Positions 48,721 through 59,480 are shown, numbered from the stretch's first letter. The stretch: DNA of 64,000 nucleotides from Chloroflexota bacterium (GCA_027623675.1 JAQBVF010000006.1:32001-96000); one strand, 5' to 3'. A program made the numbers and translations. Notes: a model not told the origin generated them from the sequence alone.

Positions 48721-49449
48721 CTATTCCGACTCTGTTTCCCCGTCGGATTCTGCTTCCGGCGCTGGTTCCGGCTTTGTTTCATTCTCGTCTGCCGCGGGTT
48801 GCTCGTCAGCGGGAGCATCTTCAGCCGCCGCCGCTTCGGGTTCACTGGCAGCCGAGGCTTCGGGAGCCTCTGCCGCCGGTTCCGGTTCTGGGGCGGGCTC
48901 AGGTTCGGCCACCGGGGCCGGGCCCTCCTCTTCCAACTGACGGACACGGGCTTGCAGCACGTTGCCGAAGGCTTGCAGGGGGCCGTTCATGACTCTGAGC
49001 AGTTGGGCGATCGGCGCCTGCATCGTGCCCAGCAGCATGGCGATCAACTGGTCTTTGGGCGGCAGCAAGGCGAGGCTGGTCACCTGGGCGGCGTTCATGA
49101 CAGCGCCGTCACCCATCACCGCGCCTTGGATGGCCAGGGGTGTTCCGCCGGTGCGGATGAAGTCGGCCAGGACCTTGGCGGCGACCGCCGGGTCGTCAAA
49201 TCCGATGGCGACGGCGGTGGGGCCATTGATAATCTCTTTCAGCTGGGGCCTCTGGGCTGCGTCGGCGGCCAGAGAGAACAGGGTGTTCTTGACGATATTG
49301 AATTCCACGCCGCCGTTCCGCATGGCGCGGCGCAACTCGGTCATCTGGTTCACCGAGATTCCCGCGTAGCTCGTGGTCATCGTGATCGCACTGCGCTCTA
49401 ACCGGTCCTTGAGCTCTTGGACCCGGTCTATCTTTTGCTGGGTGGGCAA
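48721..49449 (-). CDS. rplJ: 50S ribosomal protein L10 with acidic C-terminal tail
   Basis: TTG start after AGGAGG; YAGISV...LRR...VKNTL...GPTA. Confidence 0.95.
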   Translation of the reverse strand: MPTQQKIDRVQELKDRLERSAITMTTSYAGISVNQMTELRRAMRNGGVEFNIVKNTLFSLAADAAQRPQLKEIINGPTAVAIGFDDPAVAAKVLADFIRTGGTPLAIQGAVMGDGAVMNAAQVTSLALLPPKDQLIAMLLGTMQAPIAQLLRVMNGPLQAFGNVLQARVRQLEEEGPAPVAEPEPAPEPEPAAEAPEASAASEPEAAAAEDAPADEQPAADENETKPEPAPEAESDGETESE

Positions 49450-49514
49450 ATCAGTCCTCCTGGTTTTCCATCTGTTCCAGACACGGCTAGGTGTGTCTGG
49501 AACGGCATGGGAAT

Positions 49515-49632
49515 AAAAAACTCCCTGCGCCAATTGACACGGCGCAGGGAGTTATATGCTCCTGTTTCTGTACGTCGCGCCTAGGCGGGCGGCTTTCGCA
49601 TTTAGCCCCGGTGGGGACCCGCGGTCTCTGGC
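49515..49632 (-). promoter_or_regulatory. L10 leader (autoregulatory RNA) with terminator
   Basis: agaccgcggg...ctaaa...cccgcctagg pattern, then hairpin ctccctgcgcc/ggcgcagggag plus T6, between rplA and rplJ. Confidence 0.8.
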
Positions 49633-49681
49633 GTGTGGTTCCTAGATTGTAAAGGCCCTGTGCGGGCCGCGACGCAGGCGG

Positions 49682-50398
49682 TTATTCCTGCGATTTAAGG
49701 GCTTGCAGGGCGGGTATGTCCAGTTGAACACTGGGGCCCATAGTTGAAGTGAGATATGCTGACCGAAAGAAAGGGCCTTTCATGCTGGCCGGTTGGTCTC
49801 TCATTATAGCATCGGTCAAAGCGGCGAGGTTTTCCACCAGCTTGTCGGCTTCGAAACTGACCTTGCCAACCGCGGAGTGGATGATTGCCGCGCGGTCCGT
49901 CCGGTACTCGGTGCGGCCGCCTTTGGCTTCTTGGATCGCGCGGGGCAGGTCCTGGGGTTGGACCATGGTGCCGGACCGTGGGTTGGGCATGAGGCCTTTG
50001 CGCCCGAGGACGCGGCCCAGTTTGCCGATCTTGGGCATCACCTGGGGGGTGGCCAGGCCCACTTCGAAATCGGACCATCCGCCTTCAATCTTCTCGATCA
50101 GGTCGTCTTCACCCACGAAGTCGGCGCCGGCGGCGCGGGCTTCCTCGGCGCCTTCAGCCCCAGCGAACACCACCACTCGGATGGTCTTGCCCAGGCCATG
50201 GGGCAGACTGCAAACCCCACGAATCATCTGATCGGCATGGCGGGGGTCGACACTCGTCCTGATGTGCAGTTCGACGGTCTCGTCGAACTTGGCGGTGGAA
50301 ACCTCTTTCAGAAGCTCCATGGCCTCAATCGGCGTATAGGTCCTGTCTTCGTCCACCTTTTCCGCTACGGCACTGAACCGCCGGCTGTGCTTGACCAT
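49682..50398 (-). CDS. rplA: 50S ribosomal protein L1
   Basis: KFDETVE, LPHGLGK, GLMPNP, STMGP. Confidence 0.98.
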   Translation of the reverse strand: MVKHSRRFSAVAEKVDEDRTYTPIEAMELLKEVSTAKFDETVELHIRTSVDPRHADQMIRGVCSLPHGLGKTIRVVVFAGAEGAEEARAAGADFVGEDDLIEKIEGGWSDFEVGLATPQVMPKIGKLGRVLGRKGLMPNPRSGTMVQPQDLPRAIQEAKGGRTEYRTDRAAIIHSAVGKVSFEADKLVENLAALTDAIMRDQPASMKGPFFRSAYLTSTMGPSVQLDIPALQALKSQE

Positions 50399-50403
50399 GG
50401 CTG

Positions 50404-50829
50404 CTATTCTCCTACTTCGATGCCCATGCTGCGGGCGGTGCCGGCGATGGTGGCCATTGCTTGTTCAACGTCGCTGGCGTTCAGGTCTACCATCTTGGAT
50501 TCGGCTATCTCCCGGAGTTGCTGGCGGCTGATATGGCCGACGCTGCCCTGCCTGGATTCGGCGCTACCCTTGTCCACTCCCGCCGCCTTGCGGAGCATGT
50601 CCGACGCCGGAGGAGTGCGGGTCACAAATGTGAAGGAACGGTCTTCATAGACGGTCAGGTGGACGGGCACGATAGTCCCAGCCTGGGTGGCCGTTTTAGA
50701 GTTGTACTCCTTGACGAAACCCATGATGTTGACGCCGTGTTGGCCCAACGCGGGTCCCACCGGAGGGGCGGGAGTCGCCTTTCCGGCTTCCAATTGCAGT
50801 TTGATGATGGCCCTAACTTTCTTCGCCAA
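50404..50829 (-). CDS. rplK: 50S ribosomal protein L11
   Basis: [16 protein letters not shown]. Confidence 0.98.
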   Translation of the reverse strand: MAKKVRAIIKLQLEAGKATPAPPVGPALGQHGVNIMGFVKEYNSKTATQAGTIVPVHLTVYEDRSFTFVTRTPPASDMLRKAAGVDKGSAESRQGSVGHISRQQLREIAESKMVDLNASDVEQAMATIAGTARSMGIEVGE

Positions 50830-50941
50830 TGGGGGCTCCTAGTTGCTCTCGTGTTTGGTGTATCCCCCGGACCGGGGATGTTCTGACGTGCGCTCTAGCT
50901 TCAGGGTTCTTCCAGTGTTAAACGCCGGTTAAACGCCCGGT

Positions 50942-51520
50942 TTAGATGCGCTCCACTTGCAAGAAATCAAGTTCCACGGGCGTTTCACGCCCGAAGAAGG
51001 ATACCATAACCCGGACCTTGCCCTTGCCTTCGTCCACGTCGTTGATGGAACCGATGAAATCCACAAAGGGGCCTTCGGTGATGCGTACGGTCTCGCCCCG
51101 TTCCAGCCCGATGTTGACGCGGGTGGGGCCGGAGTCGACCTGCTTCAAGATGTCTTCCATCTGCTTGTCTTCAAGGGGCACCGGCTTGGGCCGTTTGTCG
51201 TGCTCGTCCTCGGTGGAGACGAAACCAGTCACGCCCGGCGTGTTGCGCACGGCGTACCAGCTTTCGTCGTCCATGGTCATCTGGACCAGGATGTAGCCGG
51301 GGAACAATTTCTTTCGTTCCGAGCGGCGCTGCCCTTCCTTAAAGACCACTTCCTCTTCCGTGGGAACCAGGACCTCATTGATCCTGTCCTGCATGTCCAG
51401 GCTCTGAATGCGCAGCCGCAGGTTCTTTTCGACCAGGTCTTCCTGGCCGGAGTAGGTATGGACGATATACCATCGAGGCCCTTGGGCCTCTTCCGTTTCC
51501 GATGTATCTCTTGAAGTCAT
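50942..51520 (-). CDS. nusG: Transcription factor NusG
   Basis: WYIVHTYSG, FPGYILV, FGRETPVEL. Confidence 0.98.
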   Translation of the reverse strand: MTSRDTSETEEAQGPRWYIVHTYSGQEDLVEKNLRLRIQSLDMQDRINEVLVPTEEEVVFKEGQRRSERKKLFPGYILVQMTMDDESWYAVRNTPGVTGFVSTEDEHDKRPKPVPLEDKQMEDILKQVDSGPTRVNIGLERGETVRITEGPFVDFIGSINDVDEGKGKVRVMVSFFGRETPVELDFLQVERI

Positions 51521-51627
51521 GTTGCAATGTCCAATGCTAGGTCACGCCGATTCATTGGGACGAGAAACGGCAACCCAGGTATCCTGGGTGACGATCCCGG
51601 AGGCGCCGGCCGGGTCCCAGGCCTTCT

Positions 51628-51864
51628 TTAGAATATGACCCGCGTGAACAACTCCGAGAAGATCCGGTCGAGTCCACCCAGGAAGAAACCGGCTGCGATG
51701 GCCAGTACGATCACGACCACGGTCAGCCGCGAGGTCTCTTCCCTGCTGGGCCAGACCGACTTGCGCAATTCCGAGTAGGTCTCTCGAAGGAAACCTACCG
51801 GGGTAACGCGTCCGCCGCCGGTGGGGGAGGCGATACGTTGGCTGCGCGTTGATGCCCTAGCCAT
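51628..51864 (-). CDS. secE: Preprotein translocase SecE
   Basis: ELRKSVWPSREE plus one TM; upstream of nusG. Confidence 0.95.
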   Translation of the reverse strand: MARASTRSQRIASPTGGGRVTPVGFLRETYSELRKSVWPSREETSRLTVVVIVLAIAAGFFLGGLDRIFSELFTRVIF

Positions 51865-51870
51865 TGGGAA

Positions 51871-52041
51871 CTACCTCACTTCACGGTGCGTCTTGTGACT
51901 GCGGCACCGGGAGCAATATTTCTGCAACTCCATGCGGTTGGGGTCGTTGCGGCGGTTCTTCATCGTCGTGTAATTGCGTTCCCGGCAGTCGCCGCACTGC
52001 AGGGTGATGATCTGTCGTACGTCGGCGGTTTTTCTGGCCAT
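51871..52041 (-). CDS. rpmG: 50S ribosomal protein L33 (Zn-binding type)
   Basis: Below the ORF-track cutoff: [56 protein letters not shown]. Confidence 0.96.
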   Translation of the reverse strand: MARKTADVRQIITLQCGDCRERNYTTMKNRRNDPNRMELQKYCSRCRSHKTHREVR

Positions 52042-52044
52042 CGG

Positions 52045-53229
<1,185 letters not shown>

Positions 53230-53326
53230 CTCTTTAGGTGTCCTCCCTACTGCTTTTAACTCGGGTTTTTATTTGGATATTGATTCGGGCCAATGTTCAG
53301 AGCCAATGTTCAGAGCCGGTTCTTGC

Positions 53327-53401
53327 TGGAGCCCAGAGGCGGGATTGAACCGCCGACCTCGTTCTTACCAAGAACGCGCTCTGCCGCTGAGCTATCTGGG
53401 C
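53327..53401 (-). tRNA. tRNA-Thr(GGT)
   Basis: GCCCAGATAGCTCAG...GTTCT-TGGTAA-GAAC...GGTTCAATCC...TCTGGGCTCCA cloverleaf. Confidence 0.97.
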
Positions 53402-53506
53402 TGATAGAATATTGTTCCGTAATCTGCCCCTTTGATAGAGGGCGGTCTATGAGTCCTCGCCTGTTTGTCCGGTTCCTGAGCCTCAGTATCGGCTACGATG
53501 CAAGGT

Positions 53507-53594
53507 TGGTGGAGGGGGCAGGATTCGAACCTGCGAAGCCCTTCCGGACGCCAGATTTACAGTCTGGTGGCTTTAACCACTCACCCACCCCTCC
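53507..53594 (-). tRNA. tRNA-Tyr(GTA)
   Basis: GGAGGGG...CCAGA-CTGTAAA-TCTGG, long variable arm, GGTTCGAATCC, CCCCTCCACCA. Confidence 0.97.
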
Positions 53595-53652
53595 AGACAT
53601 AAGAATCTTCGCATATCGAACAGGCTCGGCGCAATCGTCAGCAGGCTGATTA

Positions 53653-53766
53653 TGGGCCGTTGGTCTTGCCGCCAATCACCCGTTGGGGGCGTGCCCGGCG
53701 GGGTTTGCCGCTCGATAGCCCCAGAGGGGGGTCGCTGCCCTGGCTGGTCGAACACCGGCCAACAGC
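53653..53766 (-). ncRNA. Unidentified structured RNA upstream of tRNA-Tyr
   Basis: GCTGTTGG/CCAACGGC closing stem followed by CCA, internal hairpins, CATAAT -10-like box just upstream. Confidence 0.4.
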
Positions 53767-54039
53767 ACTACTATTATGTGCGTTTACCAGTACGCGCGCC
53801 ACAGGGGCATCGAGGACCCTGGTTCTGGAACTCAGTAAAGATTCGACTCGCACTAAAAATAGCCCCGCATTCGTGGGGCCATTTCGTAACCAGGAATCCA
53901 AACAAATTATATAAATTGCCCCCGAGAAAGTCAATCGGTTCACGCCCACGGTTTACGGATTTCGCCGCGCGGTTTCTTCGAGTCTACTGACCGGCCTAGA
54001 CCGCCGACCGGCCAGGGGCGGTGGCGCCATGTTTTTGTC

Positions 54040-54068
54040 TTGACGGGCACTGGCCCATAACCTACACT
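54040..54068 (+). promoter_or_regulatory. sigma70-type promoter of apt
   Basis: TTGACG-17 nt-TACACT. Confidence 0.6.
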
Positions 54069-54196
54069 TTCAGGCACGGCCAAATGGCCGATTCCCCTAT
54101 CTGCCACGGGTAGAAACCGCCTTTTAATCACCGGCCCGCCAACAGCCTCCCGCAGGGCGTGTTTGAGGTCGAGTTTGACGGAGCCGAACCAATCAG

Positions 54197-54709
54197 ATGG
54201 ACCTGAAAGACTACATCCGGGACGTGCCGGACTTCCCCGAGCCGGGGATATTATTCAAGGATATAACCCCGTTATTGGGTGACGCGAAAGCCTTCGACTA
54301 CGTCATCTCCCAGTTGGTGGAGCGTTATAAGGACGCGGATTTCGACGCCGTCGTGCCGGTGGAGTCGCGCGGGTTCCTCTTTGGAGCGCCCCTGGCCCGC
54401 GAACTGGGCAAACCCATCGTGCCGGTGCGAAAACCCGGCAAGCTGCCGGCCGCCACCCACTCCACCGATTACGCGCTGGAATACGGCACCAATACCATGG
54501 AGATACACATCGACGGTGTTGAGAAAGGCCAGAAAGTATTGATTCTGGACGACCTGCTGGCCACCGGAGGCACTTTGGGCGCCTCCGCCAAGCTGGTGGA
54601 GATGGCCGGGGGCGTGGTCTCAGAGATCGGGGTGATCATTGAACTGACCTTCTTGGATGGCCGGAAGAACCTGGCCGGTTACAATGTCTACTCCATGCTC
54701 CAATACTGA
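54197..54709 (+). CDS. apt: Adenine phosphoribosyltransferase
   Basis: PDFPEPGILFKDIT, ESRGF, RKPGKLP, LDDLLATGGT. Confidence 0.97.
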   Translation: MDLKDYIRDVPDFPEPGILFKDITPLLGDAKAFDYVISQLVERYKDADFDAVVPVESRGFLFGAPLARELGKPIVPVRKPGKLPAATHSTDYALEYGTNTMEIHIDGVEKGQKVLILDDLLATGGTLGASAKLVEMAGGVVSEIGVIIELTFLDGRKNLAGYNVYSMLQY

Positions 54710-54884
54710 GTTCATGCGCCGGACTTAAGCACTGAACCGAAAGATCATTATCTTCGGCAAACTGTCGGCAAAATCATTGTAGTGAACCAGGGATATTCCC
54801 AAGTCCACCGACCACCGGTCCAAACCTTGAAACCCCAGGGCGCGCGGCGCCTGCCGCGCCAGCGCCGAAGTTAAGGAGAGAATA

Positions 54885-55724
54885 ATGGCCAACAAGATCA
54901 ACGTGGGCAACGTCGAGATCTCATTCGTCTTGGATATGCTCCCACCGCCGAGGGACCCGTCCGTGATGTTCCCCACCACCGACGCCCATGATTGGGAGCC
55001 GTACCACGACGCGCTGGAAGACTGCCAACTGCAACTCTACTACGGCCATTTCTACCTCCGCAGCGGCGGACAGACGATCATGGTGGACACCGGCATGGGT
55101 CCAGGACCGCACCCCAGCCGCGGCGACCGCACCGGAGACATGTTGAACCAACTGAAGATCTCCGGCGTGAACCCCGAGGATGTGGACCTGGTCCTGATGA
55201 CCCACCTGCATATCGACCATGTGGGCTGGAACCTGGATTACACCAGCGGCGAGCCCAAGCCCTACTTCCCCAACGCGCGCTACCTGGCGCCCCGGTTGGA
55301 CTGGGAGCATTTCTTGAAGCCCGAATTCGCTGAGAACGCGCCGTGGGTGGCCCACAGCGTGGTGCCGCTGGAAGCCATGGGCCTGCTGGACCTGCTGGAC
55401 GACGGCCAGGTCATCAGTGACGAGGTCACCGCCATATCCACGCCCGGTCACACCCCCGGACACATGGTCTTCGACATCACGTCCCAGGGTGAACGGGCCA
55501 TGGTGGTCGGCGACCTGCTGCACAGCAAGGTCCAAGTGGAGCGGCCCGAGTGGACCGCCGGGGTGGACACCGATAAAGAGGCCAGCCGCGCCAACCGAAC
55601 CAAGATCCTGGAGAAAGCCGAGGCCGAAGACGCGGTCATCGCCGCCGGACATTTCCATCCCGACGATCACATCGGCAAGGTGATCCGTCGAGATGGCAAG
55701 CGGTTCTGGCAAGTGATTAAGTAG
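54885..55724 (+). CDS. MBL-fold metallo-hydrolase
   Basis: THLHIDHVGWN, TPGHTPGH, GDLLH, AGHF. Confidence 0.92.
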   Translation: MANKINVGNVEISFVLDMLPPPRDPSVMFPTTDAHDWEPYHDALEDCQLQLYYGHFYLRSGGQTIMVDTGMGPGPHPSRGDRTGDMLNQLKISGVNPEDVDLVLMTHLHIDHVGWNLDYTSGEPKPYFPNARYLAPRLDWEHFLKPEFAENAPWVAHSVVPLEAMGLLDLLDDGQVISDEVTAISTPGHTPGHMVFDITSQGERAMVVGDLLHSKVQVERPEWTAGVDTDKEASRANRTKILEKAEAEDAVIAAGHFHPDDHIGKVIRRDGKRFWQVIK

Positions 55725-55751
55725 CTAAATGCATCATATCCTGGAGATATC

Positions 55752-56756
55752 GTGAGTCCGGAAGACGACCTGCAAGAAGAAGATCTGGAAGAGGGCGGTC
55801 TGGAAGAAGACGCCAAAGACCTGTACCAAGCTGCCGTCGATTTCCGGCAGCGCTACTACGGCCCGGACAACAACCCTGTGCCGCCGGCGGCCATGGCTGA
55901 GCTTGCGCCCGAAGTGATGCGCCTGGTTGACCAGGTCATCTACGGCGAGATCTACAACCGCCCCGCCGTCGATCTCAAAACGCGAAGTCTCTGCACCATC
56001 GCGGCTCTGGTGGTGCTGGGCCACAGCCCGCAGATGATTAAGCGGCATATCTCAGGTGCGCTGCACATCGGCATCACACGGGAAGAGATATCGGAGATCA
56101 TCGCCCAGATGGTCTTCTACGGCGGCATGCCCGCCGCGGTGAACGCCTTCCGCATGGCCAAGGAGGCCTTCGACGAGTCCCCCGATGGCTTGGACCCCGC
56201 CCAGCGCGAGGAAGTCCGGAACACGGTCGAATACAAAGAAAGCGGCGATGCTTACGGCGTTGCCCCACCCCCGGAACCGGAGGAAGTTAAGCCTGACGAA
56301 CCAGAAGCCCAGCCCACTCCGGCGCCGTCACAACCGCAGGCCCCGCCTTACCGCGGCCGCCCGGACGATACACCGCCACGGCTGAGAGCGCCGGGACGTC
56401 CACCCGCGAGAGGCTCTGGGCAGCCGCCATTAACCGCGGAACGGCCCCCGGGCAGACAGAGCGGCCGGCGTCCATCAGACATGAGTAGGAGAGAACGAGA
56501 TGAAGTTGGGTTTCATCGGGACCGGCAACATGGGGAATCCCATGGCCGCCAATCTGATCAAAGCGGGCCATCAGCTAACCGTTCACGACCTGCGGCGCGA
56601 GGCCGCAACCAACCTGCTGGAGATGGGCGCAAACTGGGTGGACAGCCCAAAGGAGGCCGTCCAGGGCAACGAGGCGGTGTTCACGTCCCTCCCGGTGCCA
56701 AGGGACGTGGAAGCAGTGGTCCTGGGCGAAAACGGAATCCTGGAGGGCGCAAGTAG
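55752..56756 (+). CDS. Carboxymuconolactone decarboxylase (CMD) family protein; 3' end doubtful
   Basis: YGEIYNRPAVDLKTRSLCTIAAL...HISGALHIG..REEISE...FYGGMP; the tail overlaps the next gene by 257 nt. Confidence 0.75.
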   Translation: MSPEDDLQEEDLEEGGLEEDAKDLYQAAVDFRQRYYGPDNNPVPPAAMAELAPEVMRLVDQVIYGEIYNRPAVDLKTRSLCTIAALVVLGHSPQMIKRHISGALHIGITREEISEIIAQMVFYGGMPAAVNAFRMAKEAFDESPDGLDPAQREEVRNTVEYKESGDAYGVAPPPEPEEVKPDEPEAQPTPAPSQPQAPPYRGRPDDTPPRLRAPGRPPARGSGQPPLTAERPPGRQSGRRPSDMSRRERDEVGFHRDRQHGESHGRQSDQSGPSANRSRPAARGRNQPAGDGRKLGGQPKGGRPGQRGGVHVPPGAKGRGSSGPGRKRNPGGRK

Positions 56757-57393
56757 CGGCGCGGTTTTCTTCGATCTCTCGACCAACTCGCCGACCATGG
56801 TGCGGCGGCTGAACCAGGAATGCGCGGCCAAGGGCGTGACCCTGCTGGACTGCCCGGTCAGCGGCGGGACCTACGGCGCGGCTGCCGGCACGCTGGCCGT
56901 GATGGTGGGCGGCGACAAGCCAACCTTCGACCGGTTCAAGCCCACGCTGGAGGCCATCGGCACCCATGTCGTGTACTGCGGAGACATCGGCAACGGGTCG
57001 GTCTGCAAGATCTGTAACAACCTGATGAGCATGGGCATCGGAGTCCTGTTGGCCGAAGCCCTGACTTTGGGAGTCAAGGCCGGGGTTGATTTGGCCACCC
57101 TGGCGGATGTGATCAACAACAGCACCGGCGGTTCCAAACGCCTGGCCGACAAATTTCCCCGGTTCTTGTTCCAAGGCAACTTCCAGCCCGGCTTCGCCAC
57201 TGCCCTGGCCGCCAAGGACGTGCGCCTGGCCACCGACCTGGGCCGCGAACTGGGCATCCCCATGGAACTGTCCAACATGGTGGACCAACGCCACGTCGAA
57301 GCCCTGGGCCGTGGCTGGGGCCCCGAGGATTCGGACGCCGTAGCCAAGCTCCAAGAGGAAAAATCAGGCATCCAGCTTAGGCTTCTGGACTAA
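56500..57393 (+). CDS. NAD(P)-dependent beta-hydroxyacid dehydrogenase (3-hydroxyisobutyrate/tartronate semialdehyde reductase family)
   Basis: GFIGTGNMG, DCPVSGG, KICNN, KDVRLA. Confidence 0.92.
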   Translation: MKLGFIGTGNMGNPMAANLIKAGHQLTVHDLRREAATNLLEMGANWVDSPKEAVQGNEAVFTSLPVPRDVEAVVLGENGILEGASSGAVFFDLSTNSPTMVRRLNQECAAKGVTLLDCPVSGGTYGAAAGTLAVMVGGDKPTFDRFKPTLEAIGTHVVYCGDIGNGSVCKICNNLMSMGIGVLLAEALTLGVKAGVDLATLADVINNSTGGSKRLADKFPRFLFQGNFQPGFATALAAKDVRLATDLGRELGIPMELSNMVDQRHVEALGRGWGPEDSDAVAKLQEEKSGIQLRLLD

Positions 57394-57431
57394 GCCCGTC
57401 CGGCCAACAGACCATTTTTCGGAGATATGAG

Positions 57432-58460
57432 ATGACAACCAACGACATGGAGCGGTCCAAGATTGTGGAGTCCAGCGACACCATCGAGGCCATCGAAGAG
57501 TGTTACCGGATGGGATGGAGCGACGGCCTGCCGGTGGTGCCGCCCGTCGATTACAAGGTCCGGGAGATGCTGGAGATGGCCGGCCTCACCGGCGAAGAAG
57601 AGATCATCTCCCTGGAGATGCGGAACCGGGTGTTGACCTCCGAGAACGTGGCGGCCAACGCCGTCATGGCCGGTTGCCTGCCCGAGTATTTTCCCGTCTT
57701 GGCCGCCACTCTGTCGGCCCTGGAAGAAGAGAAGAACTTCGTGCATATGGCATCGGCGTCCACCAGTTCGCCGGCCATCATGATGGTGCTGAACGGGCCG
57801 ATCCGCGACCAGATACACGCCAACTATCGAGACGGACTTCTCGGGCCGGGCAACCGCGCCAACGCCGTGTTGGGCCGGGCCATCCGGCTCTGTTTCATGA
57901 ACGGCTTCGATGCCCGCCCCGGAACCCTGGACCGGGGCACGCTGGGCAATCCCAGCAAGTACACCCTCTGCTTCGCCGAGAACGAGGAGGACTCTCCCTG
58001 GGAGCCGCTGCACGTTTCCCGCGGTCTCAATAAGGAAGACAGCGCCGTGACCGTGGCGGTGGCGTATAACCCGATCACCGTGAACAACGCCTACGGCCAC
58101 ACCGGCGAGTCCATCTTGGCGTCCATTGCGGACACGCTGAAATCGGCCTCCATGGCCTTCCGCTTCCCGTCCCAATGGGTTTTGGTCATCGGCCCGGAGC
58201 ATGCCATCACGCTGAACGACGACGGCTGGACGCGGCGCGGCATCCAAGAATACATGATTGAGAACGCCGCCCGGCCCCAGAGCGAGTTGATCCGCCTGGG
58301 CATCGCTCAAGGTCCGGAGCGCGACGGCGACGACAAGATCATTCGCCGCTGCGCCCAGAGCGCGGACGACATCCTGGTGCTCATGGGCGGCGGCACCGGC
58401 GGCCGCAACAGCGCCATCATAGACACCACCCGCTATCGGATCAGGACTCGCAAGATTTAA
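57432..58460 (+). CDS. Conserved hypothetical protein, UGSC-protein partner family
   Basis: GWSDGLPVVPP, ANAVMAGCLPEYFP, GNRANA..GRA, AENEEDSPWEPLH. Confidence 0.8.
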   Translation: MTTNDMERSKIVESSDTIEAIEECYRMGWSDGLPVVPPVDYKVREMLEMAGLTGEEEIISLEMRNRVLTSENVAANAVMAGCLPEYFPVLAATLSALEEEKNFVHMASASTSSPAIMMVLNGPIRDQIHANYRDGLLGPGNRANAVLGRAIRLCFMNGFDARPGTLDRGTLGNPSKYTLCFAENEEDSPWEPLHVSRGLNKEDSAVTVAVAYNPITVNNAYGHTGESILASIADTLKSASMAFRFPSQWVLVIGPEHAITLNDDGWTRRGIQEYMIENAARPQSELIRLGIAQGPERDGDDKIIRRCAQSADDILVLMGGGTGGRNSAIIDTTRYRIRTRKI

Positions 58461-58620
58461 GACAAAACAACCGGAGAAACCCGCAGCCGTTTGGCTGAAC
58501 CCGGCATGTGGGAGCCTTGTATAAATCGGACTCAAGTGTATTATTAGAGGAACGCGATCTTCCGGCTACCGGAATAGTCGATTCAGGCACGAAACTTCTG
58601 GCAAAATACTGGGAGGACAT

Positions 58621-59190
58621 ATGGCTGAGACCGTTACCGTTAGGAATATGAGACTGGTCAACCCCACCGGCACCTCTTTGTCGTCCGGTGACTTCCGGTT
58701 GAATGAACGCCCCGATACCCTTCAGGGGAAGACCCTGGGCCTGCTGGAAAATTCGAAAGCCAATTCGGATAAGGTCCTCCACGAACTGGGCCAGATGCTG
58801 AAAGAGAAGTACGACCTGAAAGACATCGTCTACTTCGGCAAGCATTCCGCTTCCCTGCCCACCAAGCCCGAGGTGGTCCAGGACATGCTCAACAAGGTGG
58901 ACATTCTGATCACCGGGATCGGTGATTGAGGCTCCTGCAGTTCGTGCAGTGTGCACGACGGGATCGAGATGGAGCGCCTGGGCCTGCCCACCGCGTCGAT
59001 CATCACCCACGTATTTAACAACACCGCCAAGGCCATGACCCGCATGATGGGAGTGCCCGAGTTCGAGTACATCGTTGCCGAGCACCCGCTGTCGAGTCTG
59101 ACCGACGAGCAGTGCCGGGAGCGGGCCGAAACCTTGTTCCCCGATGTTGAGCGCATCCTGGTCGGAAGCGCCGCCGCCAAATCCGAATAA
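58621..59190 (+). CDS. UGSC-family selenoprotein (UGA at 58927-58929 read as Sec), 189 aa
   Basis: ORFs 58621-58929 and 58951-59190 share a frame and join as GIGD-U-GSCSSCSVHDGIEMERLGLPT; hairpin tcgtgca-gtg-tgcacga 12 nt after the UGA. Confidence 0.9.
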
Positions 59191-59221
59191 CCTTTCGCCA
59201 CGGCGCGATCCAAGAGCAACC

Positions 59222-59251
59222 AAAAGGGGCGAGTCATACTCGCCCCTTTTT
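59222..59251. terminator. Intrinsic terminator after the UGSC gene
   Basis: aaaaggggcgagt-cat-actcgccccttttt. Confidence 0.85.
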
Positions 59252-59480
59252 CGTGCCTGGAATGGAGCCAGAACCTCTGCCGGGCCATTCCGCAACCGGG
59301 TATTCCAGGTGTGGTTTCCGGTTGAATCGCCCCTGGGCCTGTGATACCATCGCGATTGGATTGTTACTGATTTCACGAACCGAAATTCCCCGGTCTTTTC
59401 AGGACTGATTCGATGAAATTCCCCCCGGTGAGACCGGTCCAACTACCCTCCCCAAGCCCGATTTACCAGGAGCCCAGAAT

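Noticed and set aside
53653..53766. Possible tRNA-Sec, 5S rRNA, SRP RNA or c-di-GMP riboswitch identity for the structured RNA
   Set aside because: No TCA anticodon or T-loop, no 5S or SRP conserved motifs, and GGCAAACC is not followed by the GEMM-I GAAA/GCAAAGC elements.
54075..54196. apt 5' leader as a purine riboswitch
   Set aside because: Only short hairpins; the purine aptamer core motifs are not visible.
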